A DNA stretch of 42,216 nt from a virus, in IMG/VR virus record IMGVR_UViG_3300017440_000004, positions 1-42,216 of that record; one strand, written 5' to 3'. How positions within the stretch are numbered: position 1 is the first letter of the stretch; each line of letters opens with the position of its first letter. Both the position numbers and the translations under genes were made by a program. The notes under the pieces are model-generated. The model was not told the origin of the DNA, made no database searches, and was given only the letters and a program-made list of their open reading frames with translations. Shown piece after piece: positions 7,764-17,244 of this stretch.

Positions 7764-9910
7764 TGGCGACGGTGCCCATGATGATTGACCCGACGCCGCT
7801 GGTTGCTGAAGAAGAGCAGCCCCAGCCCGGTATCAATCTGGAAGAACTGGTAGATGCCCTGAAGCGCGAGGCGGAAAGCGCCGAGTCCGAGTGGGAGCGC
7901 GTCCGCGATTATCAGGAGGCATCGCGGCGGTATTACGAAGCGCGGCCATTCGGTAACGAAGTGGACGGACGCAGCCAGATCGTCTTGCCGGACGTGCAGG
8001 AAGCCATTGATTACATGGCGGTGTCGGTGTTGCGGGCGTTTGTCAGCGGCGACAGGGTTGTTGAGTTCGAGGCCACGGACGAAGATAACGAGAAGGCGGC
8101 TGAGGAAGCCACAGCGGCAATCGGCTATGCGTTCATGCGGCAGCAGGACGGCTACCGGGTACTGCATGATTGGCTGACGTGCGGACTGCTGGAACGATAC
8201 GGCGTCACCAAGACGGCGATGGTGGAGGAAGAGCGGGTGATGCGGGAGCGCGTCACCATTTCCGATCCTGTCGAACTGGAGGGCTTCGACGGCGAGGTAG
8301 AGGATGCCGAACCGCAACCAGATGGCACCTATGTCCTGTCGTTGAAGATGGAGCGCCGTGAGAAGCGTTTCATTGACGAAACCATTCCCGCGAACGAGTT
8401 TCGCTATTCGGCGCGCGCGCGACATGAAGACGAAGCGGACTATCTGGCGCATTGCCCGATCAAGACGCGCTCTGACCTCGTGGACATGGGCTTTGATCGC
8501 GAACAGGTTTATGCGCTGCCGTCTTATTCGGCGCTGCCTGACACGCGCCTACAAGCCACAGACCGCGATACGTGGGAGCCAGACCCGGAAAGCACGACCG
8601 CGCTTCAGCAGGTGCAGTTGTGGGAGGAATATGCCCGCATTGATCTGGACGGCGATGGCATCGCAGAGCGCGTCAAGGTTTTCCGCGTAGAGGACGAAAT
8701 CCTGCGGTGGCAGGATGGCGAACTGGCAATCGAGATTGTGGACGAACAGCCGTTTTCGGTGTTCTGTCCGTTTCCGCGTCCGCATCGGCTGGTGGGGTAT
8801 TCGCTGGCCGATAAGGTCATGGACATCCAGCTTGCCCGGTCCACTATTGCGCGGCAGTTGTTCGACGGCATGTATCAAGGCAACATGCCGCGTCCTGTGG
8901 TGTCCACGCGGGGCATGGACGAAAACACCATTGACGATCTGCTGTCGCCTATCGCTGGTGCGCCTATCCGAGTGTCGGACATTGGCGGCGTGGTGCCGTA
9001 CACGACCAGCTTCGACATCGGCAAGTCGCTGGGGGTCATGGAGTGGTTGGCTGGCGAGCGCGAGTCCCGCACCGGCATTACGCGCCTCAACCAGGGCATG
9101 AACGCCGACACGCTGAATACCAACACGGCGACGGCGTTCCGGGGGTTGCAGGAGCAGGGCCAGCAGCAGGAAGAATTCATCGCGCGCAACTTCGCGGAGT
9201 CGTTCTCCCGACTGATGGCGAAGAAGTATCGCCTGATGAGGCGTGAAGGCGAGCCGTTCAATATCAAGGTGGATGGGCAGTATAAGCGGGTTGATCCGGG
9301 TCAGTGGCCTGAGGACGTGAACCTGTCGATCAAGGTCGGGCTAGGTACCGGGTCTAAGGACAAGCGGGTGCAGGCGCGGTTGCAGCTTGCGCCGTTCCTG
9401 GCTGAGGGTTTTCAGAACAAGGTTGTTACTGAGAAGAACCTGTTCCACGCCATTGACGGGCTGGTTCGCGATCTGGGAATCGGCAAGGGCGATGACTACT
9501 GGAAGGACCCGGATGCGCCGCCGCAGATTGGCCCAGACGGCCAGCCCATCCAAGAGCAGGAAGAGCCTGATCCTGAAATGCTGGCGATGCGGGCTGAACA
9601 GGCTAGGGAAGACGCCAAGTTTCAGGCGGAGCAGCAACGCGCGGCGGCGCAGATCGAACTGGAGCGGCAAAAGGCGGCTGCCAACATCGATGCGCTACGC
9701 GAGCGGCATGCGCTGGAGATGGAGCAGAAGCGCGAAGCCGCTGAACTGGACGCACAGTTGGCGCGTGACAAGGCAGCGGCTGAGGCTGATATTGCCGTGT
9801 ACCGTATTGACCGCGAAGCCGAAGTAAAGCGTTATGCGGCTGATCGGGCCGGTATTGCGGGAGAGGGCGATATTGGACAGAATCGCGAGGGAGGTCGCTT
9901 AGATGCTTGA
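7763..9910 (+). CDS. Portal protein
   Basis: About 715 aa, directly after TerL (TGATG). It has a long C-terminal Ala/Glu/Arg/Gln coiled coil (AEQAREDAKFQAEQQRAAAQIELERQKAAANIDALRERHALEMEQKREAAELDAQLARDKAAAEADIAVYRIDREAEVKRY), like P22-type portal barrels. The call rests on position and size. Confidence 0.85.
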   Translation: MATVPMMIDPTPLVAEEEQPQPGINLEELVDALKREAESAESEWERVRDYQEASRRYYEARPFGNEVDGRSQIVLPDVQEAIDYMAVSVLRAFVSGDRVVEFEATDEDNEKAAEEATAAIGYAFMRQQDGYRVLHDWLTCGLLERYGVTKTAMVEEERVMRERVTISDPVELEGFDGEVEDAEPQPDGTYVLSLKMERREKRFIDETIPANEFRYSARARHEDEADYLAHCPIKTRSDLVDMGFDREQVYALPSYSALPDTRLQATDRDTWEPDPESTTALQQVQLWEEYARIDLDGDGIAERVKVFRVEDEILRWQDGELAIEIVDEQPFSVFCPFPRPHRLVGYSLADKVMDIQLARSTIARQLFDGMYQGNMPRPVVSTRGMDENTIDDLLSPIAGAPIRVSDIGGVVPYTTSFDIGKSLGVMEWLAGERESRTGITRLNQGMNADTLNTNTATAFRGLQEQGQQQEEFIARNFAESFSRLMAKKYRLMRREGEPFNIKVDGQYKRVDPGQWPEDVNLSIKVGLGTGSKDKRVQARLQLAPFLAEGFQNKVVTEKNLFHAIDGLVRDLGIGKGDDYWKDPDAPPQIGPDGQPIQEQEEPDPEMLAMRAEQAREDAKFQAEQQRAAAQIELERQKAAANIDALRERHALEMEQKREAAELDAQLARDKAAAEADIAVYRIDREAEVKRYAADRAGIAGEGDIGQNREGGRLDA

Positions 9911-10259
9911 CCGCATCCTAGCCTATTTCGGCTACATCCGCGCCGATGCACCCCGCCCCTATACCCGCACGCAAAACGGCACTGACGCCATCGCGCGCGG
10001 GCAGCGGTGGGAGGCCTTCGCGACGGAGGACGGCGGGCTGTACGATATGATCCACAGTCTGCGTGCGGATTACTTCGCGAAATACAGCCAGCTATCGCCA
10101 GATGATCGCGGCAAACAGCTTGCTTTGAGCGTTGCCGACAAGATTGCGCAGGAACTGGAGGCAAAGGTGCGGACGGTTATTGATACCGGCCATATTCGTG
10201 CTAAAGAGAAGGAACACGTAGACCGTGTGGCTAATGTTGGCCGCTACGTCGGACGTTAG
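9903..10259 (+). CDS. Hypothetical head-module protein (118 aa)
   Basis: Track ORF. It overlaps the portal stop by 8 nt. Confidence 0.65.
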   Translation: MLDRILAYFGYIRADAPRPYTRTQNGTDAIARGQRWEAFATEDGGLYDMIHSLRADYFAKYSQLSPDDRGKQLALSVADKIAQELEAKVRTVIDTGHIRAKEKEHVDRVANVGRYVGR

Positions 10260-10269
10260 GAGAATTTAG

Positions 10270-11253
10270 TTGGCCCATCTGGATGCAGAAGCCGGCGGCG
10301 ATGATCTCGACAGCGCAGCGGCATTGATTGACGGCATCAACCTTGACGGTCCTGAAGAGGACAACGGCGAGGAAGAGCAGCAGAATTCGACGGAGGAGCC
10401 GGGGGAGGAAGAACTAGACCTCGACGGCGACGACGACGAAGAACAGGACGACGGGGACGACGAACAGGACGAGAAACCTGCCATCGACGCGCCCGTCAGC
10501 CTGAATGCCGAGGAAAAGGCCAAGTTTGCTGCACTTCCCAAAGAGGCGCAGCAGTACGTGGCCGATCTGGAAGCCCGTAGGGCGGCTCAGGTCCAGACGG
10601 CAACCACGAAGGCAGCAGAGGCCCAGCGGACAGCGGAAACGCGCGCAGCCCAAGCCGACGCAGTAGCACAGGCCAAGTTTGCCCAGCAGCTTCGGACGAT
10701 TGGGGAGCATATCGCCCCGCAAGCGCCTGACCCGCATTTGGCGCTTACCGACCCTGGCGCTTACATTGCCCAGAAAGCGCAGTATGACGCCCTGAAGGCC
10801 CAGCATGACGAGTTCATGCAGCAGGCAGAGGCGCTTGGCACTGACGCCGATAGCGCAATGACCGAAGCTGAAATTCAGCAGCGGGATCGTGAGTTGATGG
10901 CAATTCCTGAGGTGGCGAACGAAGCCACGCGGGAAGAATGGTTCAAGAAGGCACTAGGCGCAGCCGATGTGTTGGGATTGGACAAGGGCCAGATGCAGCA
11001 CGCGACCGCCAGTGAGTTGAAGGCTTTGCGTCAGGTCGCGGATTGGCGTGAGAAGGCCGATAAGTACGATGCCGCAACGGCTCGTCAGATGCAGCGCGTT
11101 CGGGATGGCAAGAAGACGCGGACGACCAAGCCCAATGCTGCCCAGCCTAGCAGCGCAGAGGGCCGTGGAGTTCGCGAGTCGCGTGAGCGTTTGCGGCAGA
11201 CCGGCAAAGTTGAAGACGGGGCTGCTGCTCTTGCTCGCATGGGTTTTGGATAA
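10270..11253 (+). CDS. Putative scaffolding protein
   Basis: Acidic low-complexity N-terminus (DLDGDDDEEQDDGDDEQDEKP) followed by an Ala/Gln/Glu-rich helical body. It lies between the portal and capsid genes. TTG start 6 nt after AGGAGA (10258-10263). Confidence 0.7.
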   Translation: MAHLDAEAGGDDLDSAAALIDGINLDGPEEDNGEEEQQNSTEEPGEEELDLDGDDDEEQDDGDDEQDEKPAIDAPVSLNAEEKAKFAALPKEAQQYVADLEARRAAQVQTATTKAAEAQRTAETRAAQADAVAQAKFAQQLRTIGEHIAPQAPDPHLALTDPGAYIAQKAQYDALKAQHDEFMQQAEALGTDADSAMTEAEIQQRDRELMAIPEVANEATREEWFKKALGAADVLGLDKGQMQHATASELKALRQVADWREKADKYDAATARQMQRVRDGKKTRTTKPNAAQPSSAEGRGVRESRERLRQTGKVEDGAAALARMGFG

Positions 11254-11311
11254 GGGCTTACGCCAGCCAACGTCGTGAGACAGTAGGCCCTTCCGCAAGT
11301 GGATCAATATC

Positions 11312-12274
11312 ATGGCAGTTCCATCGAATACCATTCAGACGATGAGCCGGGTCGGCAATCGTGAAGACCTCGCAGACGTTATCAGCAACATCAGCCCGAC
11401 CGAAACGCCGTTCCTGACGGCTATCGGGCGTCAGACGGCCAGCGCGGTTTATACCGAGTGGCAGACGGATGCGCTGGTGTCGGCCAATCCGAACAACAAG
11501 GCGGTTCAGGGCGACGACCTGTCGAACGAGAACCGTCCGGCGACGACCCGTCTGGGCAATTACACCCAGATTTTCACCAAGGTTGTCGGCACCTCGACCA
11601 CGCAGCAGGCGGTGAAGGCCGCAGGCCGCGCGAACGAGCATTCGTACCAGATCGCCAAGGCCGGCAAGGAACTGAAGCGTGACCGCGAGGCGCGGTATCT
11701 CGCCAATCTGGCGGCGGTTCCTCCGTCGTCTACGGTTGCGGGCGAAGCGGCAGGCGCGCAGGCGTTCATCCGCACCAATGCCAGCCGTGGCACGGGCGGC
11801 ACCAATCCAACGCTCAGCGGCACCACGACGGGCTATCCTAACGCGGCTGCTACCAACGGCACTCAGCGCGCTTTCACGGAAGCGTTGCTGAAGGCGTCGA
11901 TTGCGTCGGCATGGAATGCTGGTGGCGACCCGACGATGGTCATGATGTCGCTGGGTCAGAAGCAGACGGCGGCGACGTTCTCCGGCCTTGCTCAGCAGCG
12001 TCGTGAAGCTGGCAACCAGCGCCTGACGATCATTGCCGGTGCGGACGTCTATGTGTCGGATGTGGGCGAACTTCAGTTCGTGCCCAACCGCTTCATTGAT
12101 GCCCGCTCTGCGCTGGTGCTGGACCCGGCCCTGTGGCGCGTTGCCACGCTGGACCCGATGCAGGTCAACGATCTGGCGAAGACCGGCCTTGCCAAGCGTC
12201 AGGAGATGCACGTCGAAGAGACGCTCGTCTGTCTAAACGACGCCGGCAACGCGATCATCGCCGACCTCCTGTAA
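11312..12274 (+). CDS. Major capsid protein (HK97 fold, DUF5309/SU10-like)
   Basis: The N-terminus MAVPSNTIQTMSRVGNREDLADVISNISPTETPFLTAIG matches my recollection of the DUF5309 capsid family. 320 aa. It follows the scaffold gene. Confidence 0.85.
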   Translation: MAVPSNTIQTMSRVGNREDLADVISNISPTETPFLTAIGRQTASAVYTEWQTDALVSANPNNKAVQGDDLSNENRPATTRLGNYTQIFTKVVGTSTTQQAVKAAGRANEHSYQIAKAGKELKRDREARYLANLAAVPPSSTVAGEAAGAQAFIRTNASRGTGGTNPTLSGTTTGYPNAAATNGTQRAFTEALLKASIASAWNAGGDPTMVMMSLGQKQTAATFSGLAQQRREAGNQRLTIIAGADVYVSDVGELQFVPNRFIDARSALVLDPALWRVATLDPMQVNDLAKTGLAKRQEMHVEETLVCLNDAGNAIIADLL

Positions 12275-12283
12275 ACCCCATAA

Positions 12284-12312
12284 GGCCCGGTTACGCGTTA
12301 TGTGACCGGGCC
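12284..12312. repeat. Hairpin just after the capsid gene
   Basis: GGCCCGGT (12284-12291) and ACCGGGCC (12305-12312) form a perfect 8-bp stem with a 13-nt loop. No T-tract follows. Confidence 0.6.
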
Positions 12313-12331
12313 ACTTAGGAAGGAACACATC

Positions 12332-12868
12332 ATGGGACGACCCCGTAAGGACGCTCACCGGGACGAAGCTACGGTTCTGGAAACCAACACGCAGGGCAAG
12401 GATTTGCCTGAAACGAAGGAGTCTGGTGATACTGCTCCGGGTGTGCGTGACCTCCCGCCTGCGAACCCGCTGGGTGAGCCGGTGAAGCCTGCCGATCAGT
12501 ATGCGGATGTGTCGGAGGCCGGTAAGCTGGCAGCCGCGCTTGGCGTCGAGACGGAGGAAATGCGCGATGTATCGGACTATGTTGCCGGTGAAACCGTTGT
12601 GGAGCATCCGCTTTCACCCACCGACGCCAATCCGAACCCGCACGGCCAGCGTTCGGAGCCGGATGCGAACATCGTGGTCGAGACGGACGACAAGGGCCGC
12701 GAAACCCGCAAGAGCCGTGACGAGGCCGATATGGTCGAGGTTACGGGTTCGGACGATCTGCCCACCGCCGTGCATATCGGCGACGGGCGCACGCTTGGTC
12801 GCGGACAGTCCATGAAGGTGGACAAGGACACGGCCAAAATCCTGCGCGACAACGGGCAGGTTAAGTAA
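12332..12868 (+). CDS. Hypothetical head-module protein (178 aa, acidic)
   Basis: Internal ATG of track ORF 12302..12868 (MGRPRKDAHRDE...) after AGGAAGG. This start avoids overlap with the hairpin. Confidence 0.6.
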   Translation: MGRPRKDAHRDEATVLETNTQGKDLPETKESGDTAPGVRDLPPANPLGEPVKPADQYADVSEAGKLAAALGVETEEMRDVSDYVAGETVVEHPLSPTDANPNPHGQRSEPDANIVVETDDKGRETRKSRDEADMVEVTGSDDLPTAVHIGDGRTLGRGQSMKVDKDTAKILRDNGQVK

Positions 12869-12869
12869 G

Positions 12870-13199
12870 ATGGCATCGGGCGAGCGCCTTTTCGACTATG
12901 ACCCGGCAACGGGCATGAAGACTTGGTTCTCGTCCGATGACGAGAATGGGGGCCAGTGGCATTTCCGGCGTGAACAGGATGTCGCCCCCATTCTTGACAG
13001 AAACAAAGAAGCGCAGGCGGAGAGTTGGGACCGCCGCAGTGAGATGTGGCACGCCGCGCATATCCCCACTCTTGTGATGTACGAGTGGGCGACGAAATTC
13101 GGGGTTCACTTTTGGGACCCCGCGCACAAAGATGGTGTGAAGCGGCTGCTTAACCATCCTGATTATCGCTATTTGCGTGTCAGGGAGTTCATTATATAA
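12870..13199 (+). CDS. Hypothetical protein (109 aa)
   Basis: Track ORF. It starts 1 nt after the upstream stop. Confidence 0.65.
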   Translation: MASGERLFDYDPATGMKTWFSSDDENGGQWHFRREQDVAPILDRNKEAQAESWDRRSEMWHAAHIPTLVMYEWATKFGVHFWDPAHKDGVKRLLNHPDYRYLRVREFII

Positions 13200-13200
13200 A

Positions 13201-13228
13201 AAGGGCACCCTTTTTATCGGGTGCCCTT
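13201..13228 (+). terminator. Candidate intrinsic terminator ending the head module
   Basis: AAGGGCACCC-tttttatc-GGGTGCCCTT is a perfect 10-bp stem. It is preceded by an A-run. No clear T-run follows the stem. Confidence 0.55.
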
Positions 13229-13375
13229 GCCGGAGTTACCCGGCGGGTTTCATAAAGTCCTCCATTGCTAGGCCTAGCTAGGTGCATGCACCCGAGGAAG
13301 TTTCCTTAGAACACCTTTTCTTTCTATCCGCAACCCGCTAAAAGCGGTATCAGGATACCATCAAGGGGCGCGAGC

Positions 13376-13690
13376 GTGGCAGTTGGTTTCGGCATCTTTA
13401 CCAAATTGCTGCCCATGCTGGTGGACGGTCAGCAGGTTAACCCGCAAGTCGATCAGCGCGGACGATTAATCGTCAGCAGCGGCGACGATAGTGTGATCTA
13501 CACCACTGCCGTTGACCTTGACACTGATGGCGGCATTGTACCGACCTATCGGGGCTTTACCAACACCTACGACCCCAGCGGCAACCTTTTGACGCAGACG
13601 GTGCGGAACGGCGGCACGTGGGTTCGGACTTTGACGTATCTTAACGGCGAGGTGGCCTCCGATAGCGGATGGGTGAAGCAAAATGGCTGA
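13376..13690 (+). CDS. Hypothetical tail-module protein (104 aa)
   Basis: Track ORF. GTG start after AAGGGG. Confidence 0.55.
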   Translation: MAVGFGIFTKLLPMLVDGQQVNPQVDQRGRLIVSSGDDSVIYTTAVDLDTDGGIVPTYRGFTNTYDPSGNLLTQTVRNGGTWVRTLTYLNGEVASDSGWVKQNG

Positions 13691-14063
13691 TTCCCTGATC
13701 CAGCCTTTCCGGCGCAACCTTAATGTAAAGCCGGTCATCGGTCCTATTGGATTGACGGCGCAGCCTGTCGCTATCCCCCCTATGACGGGGCAGGGGGTCA
13801 CCAGCTTCATCATCCGCAACCCTAACCCATTTCATATCTGGTTCGCGGGCTGGCGTGGGTCGGCAGGCGATATGCCGACGATCAAAGAGAATGGTCACTA
13901 TATCCACCCCGGCGAGGCGTACCTTGGCCGCACACAGATGCCGCAATGGGTTGCGGCCGTTGCCGACGATGAGCCGGGGTTTCCGATCTACACGTCTACT
14001 GGCGGCTGGGCATTCGAGGGCAAGCGCACGCGGTTTATCCTGATCTACGGATCGGGCGCGTAG
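13683..14063 (+). CDS. Hypothetical tail-module protein (126 aa)
   Basis: Track ORF. 8-nt overlap with the upstream gene. Confidence 0.6.
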   Translation: MADSLIQPFRRNLNVKPVIGPIGLTAQPVAIPPMTGQGVTSFIIRNPNPFHIWFAGWRGSAGDMPTIKENGHYIHPGEAYLGRTQMPQWVAAVADDEPGFPIYTSTGGWAFEGKRTRFILIYGSGA

Positions 14064-14902
14064 TGGGCACCAAAATCCCTGGATACCCGCTCAAGGGCAG
14101 TATGGGTGATGCTGGCTCGCAGGGCCCGGCTGGGCCTATGGGCTTGCAGGGACCGAAAGGGGACACGGGCGCAACTGGCCCCGCTGGTCCGACAGGAGCA
14201 CAGGGGCCTAAGGGGGATACGGGAGCGCAGGGGGCGACAGGCGCAACTGGCGCTAAGGGCGACGCCGGGGCGCAGGGTATTCAGGGCGTTAAAGGTGATA
14301 CCGGCGCTACGGGCGCGCAGGGCCTGAAGGGCGATACTGGCGCGACAGGCGCACAAGGGCCGCAAGGCTTGAAAGGTGATACCGGCGCGACCGGTGCCAA
14401 GGGCGACATCGGGTTTACCGGCGCGACAGGTGCAACAGGCGCGACCGGGGCCACGGGTGCGCAGGGGCCGCAAGGTATTCAGGGGCTGACAGGCGCGACT
14501 GGCGCGCCGGGTGTGGCGGGATCCAACGCAGCCGCAACTCCGCTAGGCACCGCTACACCGCAGGCGCTAGGCACCGCAACTCCGGGCACCTCCACTAATG
14601 CCAGCCGCGAAGATCACGTTCACCCGCTGCCTAGTGGGCGATTGGTGCTGGTAGGCACGGCAACAGTCGGAGAAACCTTGCTTATCTCGTTGGCGCTGGG
14701 TGTGAAACGCTACACTGGCACGATGGCCGGCTTGGCCGTTGGCGACCGCATCATTGCCTTTTTGACGGGTGCGCCGGGGTCATCGTCTTTGCAGGATATC
14801 TATGTTAGTGCAGCCAACAATTACAACGTTGGATTGCTCAATCCGGCTCTTGGCATAGGTGCGGTGATTGCCGTGCCCATCGCAATCTATAAGGTAGTTT
14901 GA
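14063..14902 (+). CDS. Collagen-like tail fibre protein
   Basis: 47 uninterrupted Gly-X-Y triplets followed by a globular C-terminal domain. GTG start overlaps the upstream TAG. Confidence 0.85.
   Translation: MGTKIPGYPLKGSMGDAGSQGPAGPMGLQGPKGDTGATGPAGPTGAQGPKGDTGAQGATGATGAKGDAGAQGIQGVKGDTGATGAQGLKGDTGATGAQGPQGLKGDTGATGAKGDIGFTGATGATGATGATGAQGPQGIQGLTGATGAPGVAGSNAAATPLGTATPQALGTATPGTSTNASREDHVHPLPSGRLVLVGTATVGETLLISLALGVKRYTGTMAGLAVGDRIIAFLTGAPGSSSLQDIYVSAANNYNVGLLNPALGIGAVIAVPIAIYKVV
14096..14518 (+). repeat. Collagen triple-helix repeat tract (47 x GXY, with a recurring [11 protein letters not shown] unit)
   Basis: Counted directly from the translation, aa 12-152. Confidence 0.95.
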
Positions 14903-14904
14903 CC

Positions 14905-17244
14905 ATGGGCGACCGCGCACTTATCAACCAGTCCTACGGTGGCCGTCAGTCGCTGTTGGATGGTGAAGCTATTCAGAGCGCGATGGGTGGGGCGCAAGGT
15001 TCGGGAGGGACGCCTACGCCTACGCCAGCCGCAACGTTCGCTACGCAGCCTTCTGTTTCCCCGTCCAGCGGGCCTAGCGGCACGCTGTTCACGGCTACGC
15101 CCGGTACGGTGAATAATGGCACGCTTTCTTCGCGCGCTTGGCTGCTGAATGGCTCTTCGATCAGCACGGGGTTGACGGCAACGCCGGTTTCTGACGGGAC
15201 GCTGACATATCAGGAGTTTGCGACGGGGGCTGGCGGTAACGCGTCTTCGGCCGTGCAGACGGTGGCTGTGGCAGCGGCTGGCGGGGCTCTTGCGGTAAGT
15301 CGTCCCGCCACATTTGCTCTAGCCGACACTTGGAACTCCATTGGCGACAGCATGACGGCTGGCGTGGGCGCGCCGACAAATGGCGATTGGCCGTTTCAGG
15401 CGCGGGCGCTCATCACCAGCGGCCCTACCGCGCAGCCTTTCCACCTTCTCGGCACAGCCACGCAGGTCAATGCCAATTACATCGGCAACGGCGGCATTGG
15501 GGGTGAGCCTACGCCCGGTTTCAAAACGCGCACCGACTATATGGTGGCGAATTACGCCAGCGAAATGAACCGCCCCTTTATTTTCGAGGGCAGTGTTAAC
15601 GACTATTCTAATCAAGCGGTGGGCTATTCCACTACGCTGGGTTACGGGCGGAATTGGCCCGCAACGGTCAAAGGAAACATTGCCGGGATGGTAACCCAGA
15701 TCACGGGCGGCAAGGATTGGTTCCACATCCTGCCCCCGTCTGAAGGAGTGTTTTCAGCCGGTCTCCGTCAGGGCGCTTCCCACGTTTTCCATCGCCGTGA
15801 TATGATCGCGACCTATGGCAGGCGCGCGCTCGATTTTCAGCGGCACGCCGTCGACAGCGCGCAGCCGTCTACGGCAGGATCGGGCACGCGTGAAACGAGC
15901 GGACCGGATTACTTCTATTCGCAAGTCAACGGCTCTATCCCGCTTAGCCTGCGGTCGAACGGGTCGAACACCAACATTCCGTACAATGACGCGCCACCTT
16001 ATCTGGGCAACTTCAGCAATGTCGCGCCGACTGATCTCAATTACGCCGAAGGGCAGTTCGCCTACGACACCACGAACCTAAAATCGTGGCAGAAGCTGGG
16101 AGCAAGTGGCACCGGCTCTTGGCAAGTTGTGGATGACAAGCACTTCAATTCGGCAGGATACACGCTGATGGCGCGTATGGCGGCGGACGCAATGAATGCC
16201 AGCCAGGGCGATGGCCCGCCGTTTGCCGGCCCGCAAGAATACCTTTGCCGTGTTGATATGGCGGACGGCGCAACGCTGGGAACCGTGCCGTTCACGGGAA
16301 CCGCGACCACAGCTGCGATCACAACCGACAAGGCCGGGGCGACTGTTTCGACGCGTTGGCAGATTAGCACAACGGGTGTCATTACGCGTAAGGTTGGAGC
16401 GCCCGCCCTTACTCAGGGAATGCACACGGTTTACGTCTGGCTTGGCAATGCAACCGGTATGCTCAGGTCAGTCTTGGACGTGTATGTTGAGAAAGCAGCT
16501 GCAACCGCGCCTGCACGATTTGCGACTAGTGGCACCGGCGTTTCGCTCTATGGTCGGGACAGCCACGGCTTCCCGAACGGCACACAGATTAGTGGTGCGG
16601 CGCTCATCCGCGTCGATACGCTCGCCGATGCGCCGGCCATCGCCTATTTCAACTCGCACGGCACGTCTGGCGCGGGCACCTCGACGTTCTACTGGTCGAT
16701 CAATGCAATCGGCGTCGTGACATTTCTGTCCACTACGAACGCCGCGAACCAAGCCGTGTTCGCATCCAATGCCAATGTGACGTCCGCCACGCTTACGGCG
16801 GGCGCTTGGACTTGGGTGCTGTTCAATTTCGATGTGACGGCCGGCACCGGTCAGGTCTATCTTAACGACACGGCAAAGACATGGGCACCCACCTTTAACG
16901 CTGGCGCGATCAATTTTGCCGACACCACTCCTGCTTTCCTCGCCAAGCGGCCTCCGGGACAGTTTGACAACGGCAATGGCGTCCTGAAGGGCGGCTTCGG
17001 TCCGATCTTGCTGTTTCCCGGCATTGTTGATTGGTCGGTTGCCGCAACGCGCCGCCAGTTGTTCGACACGGGCGGTCTGCCGGCGGCGCGTACGCCGTTC
17101 AGCGCGGTTGGCGGTGTGGCACCCTATTTCGATACATCATCCGGCCTTGGCGGGCTTCTGTATGGGGTATCGGACTCTGCAAATCCGCAATCGCTGGTTG
17201 TACCCTCTTGGCGCGCTCGCCAGCTTTTGAGTATTGCGCCATGA
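14905..17244 (+). CDS. Tail fibre/receptor-modifying protein with an SGNH/GDSL esterase-like domain and a C-terminal LamG/concanavalin-like domain
   Basis: GDSL block I (WNSIGDSMTAGVG). The C-terminal segment LTAGAWTWVLFNFDVTAGTGQVYLNDT is typical of LamG-type lectin folds. ATG at 14905 follows the alternative TTG start at 14899. Confidence 0.7.
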   Translation: MGDRALINQSYGGRQSLLDGEAIQSAMGGAQGSGGTPTPTPAATFATQPSVSPSSGPSGTLFTATPGTVNNGTLSSRAWLLNGSSISTGLTATPVSDGTLTYQEFATGAGGNASSAVQTVAVAAAGGALAVSRPATFALADTWNSIGDSMTAGVGAPTNGDWPFQARALITSGPTAQPFHLLGTATQVNANYIGNGGIGGEPTPGFKTRTDYMVANYASEMNRPFIFEGSVNDYSNQAVGYSTTLGYGRNWPATVKGNIAGMVTQITGGKDWFHILPPSEGVFSAGLRQGASHVFHRRDMIATYGRRALDFQRHAVDSAQPSTAGSGTRETSGPDYFYSQVNGSIPLSLRSNGSNTNIPYNDAPPYLGNFSNVAPTDLNYAEGQFAYDTTNLKSWQKLGASGTGSWQVVDDKHFNSAGYTLMARMAADAMNASQGDGPPFAGPQEYLCRVDMADGATLGTVPFTGTATTAAITTDKAGATVSTRWQISTTGVITRKVGAPALTQGMHTVYVWLGNATGMLRSVLDVYVEKAAATAPARFATSGTGVSLYGRDSHGFPNGTQISGAALIRVDTLADAPAIAYFNSHGTSGAGTSTFYWSINAIGVVTFLSTTNAANQAVFASNANVTSATLTAGAWTWVLFNFDVTAGTGQVYLNDTAKTWAPTFNAGAINFADTTPAFLAKRPPGQFDNGNGVLKGGFGPILLFPGIVDWSVAATRRQLFDTGGLPAARTPFSAVGGVAPYFDTSSGLGGLLYGVSDSANPQSLVVPSWRARQLLSIAP

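Noticed and set aside
7700-8452. 250-aa minus-strand ORF, with similar long antisense ORFs at 21950..22738, 24079..24714, 24635..25237 and 26284..27039
   Set aside because: All lie antisense within well-supported structural genes (portal, internal proteins, tailspike). All have Arg/Pro/Ser-rich junk-like composition. They are typical high-GC shadow frames.
11258-12211. 317-aa ORF on the minus strand, one of the longest in the track
   Set aside because: It is entirely antisense to the major capsid gene, Arg/Ala/Gly-rich and of low complexity, as expected for a shadow ORF in GC-rich DNA. It has no SD and no recognisable domain.
14096-14518. Highly periodic repeat that could be mistaken for a CRISPR array or a non-coding tandem repeat
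   Set aside because: The periodicity is 9 nt (Gly-X-Y) within one long ORF. There is no repeat-spacer structure. It is a collagen-like coding tract.
17031-17240. N-terminal 70-aa extension of the beta-helix ORF
   Set aside because: It overlaps the 3' end of the esterase/LamG gene in another frame and is Arg/Gly/Cys-rich. The ATG at 17241 forms an ATGA overlap and starts a signal-like hydrophobic N-terminus.
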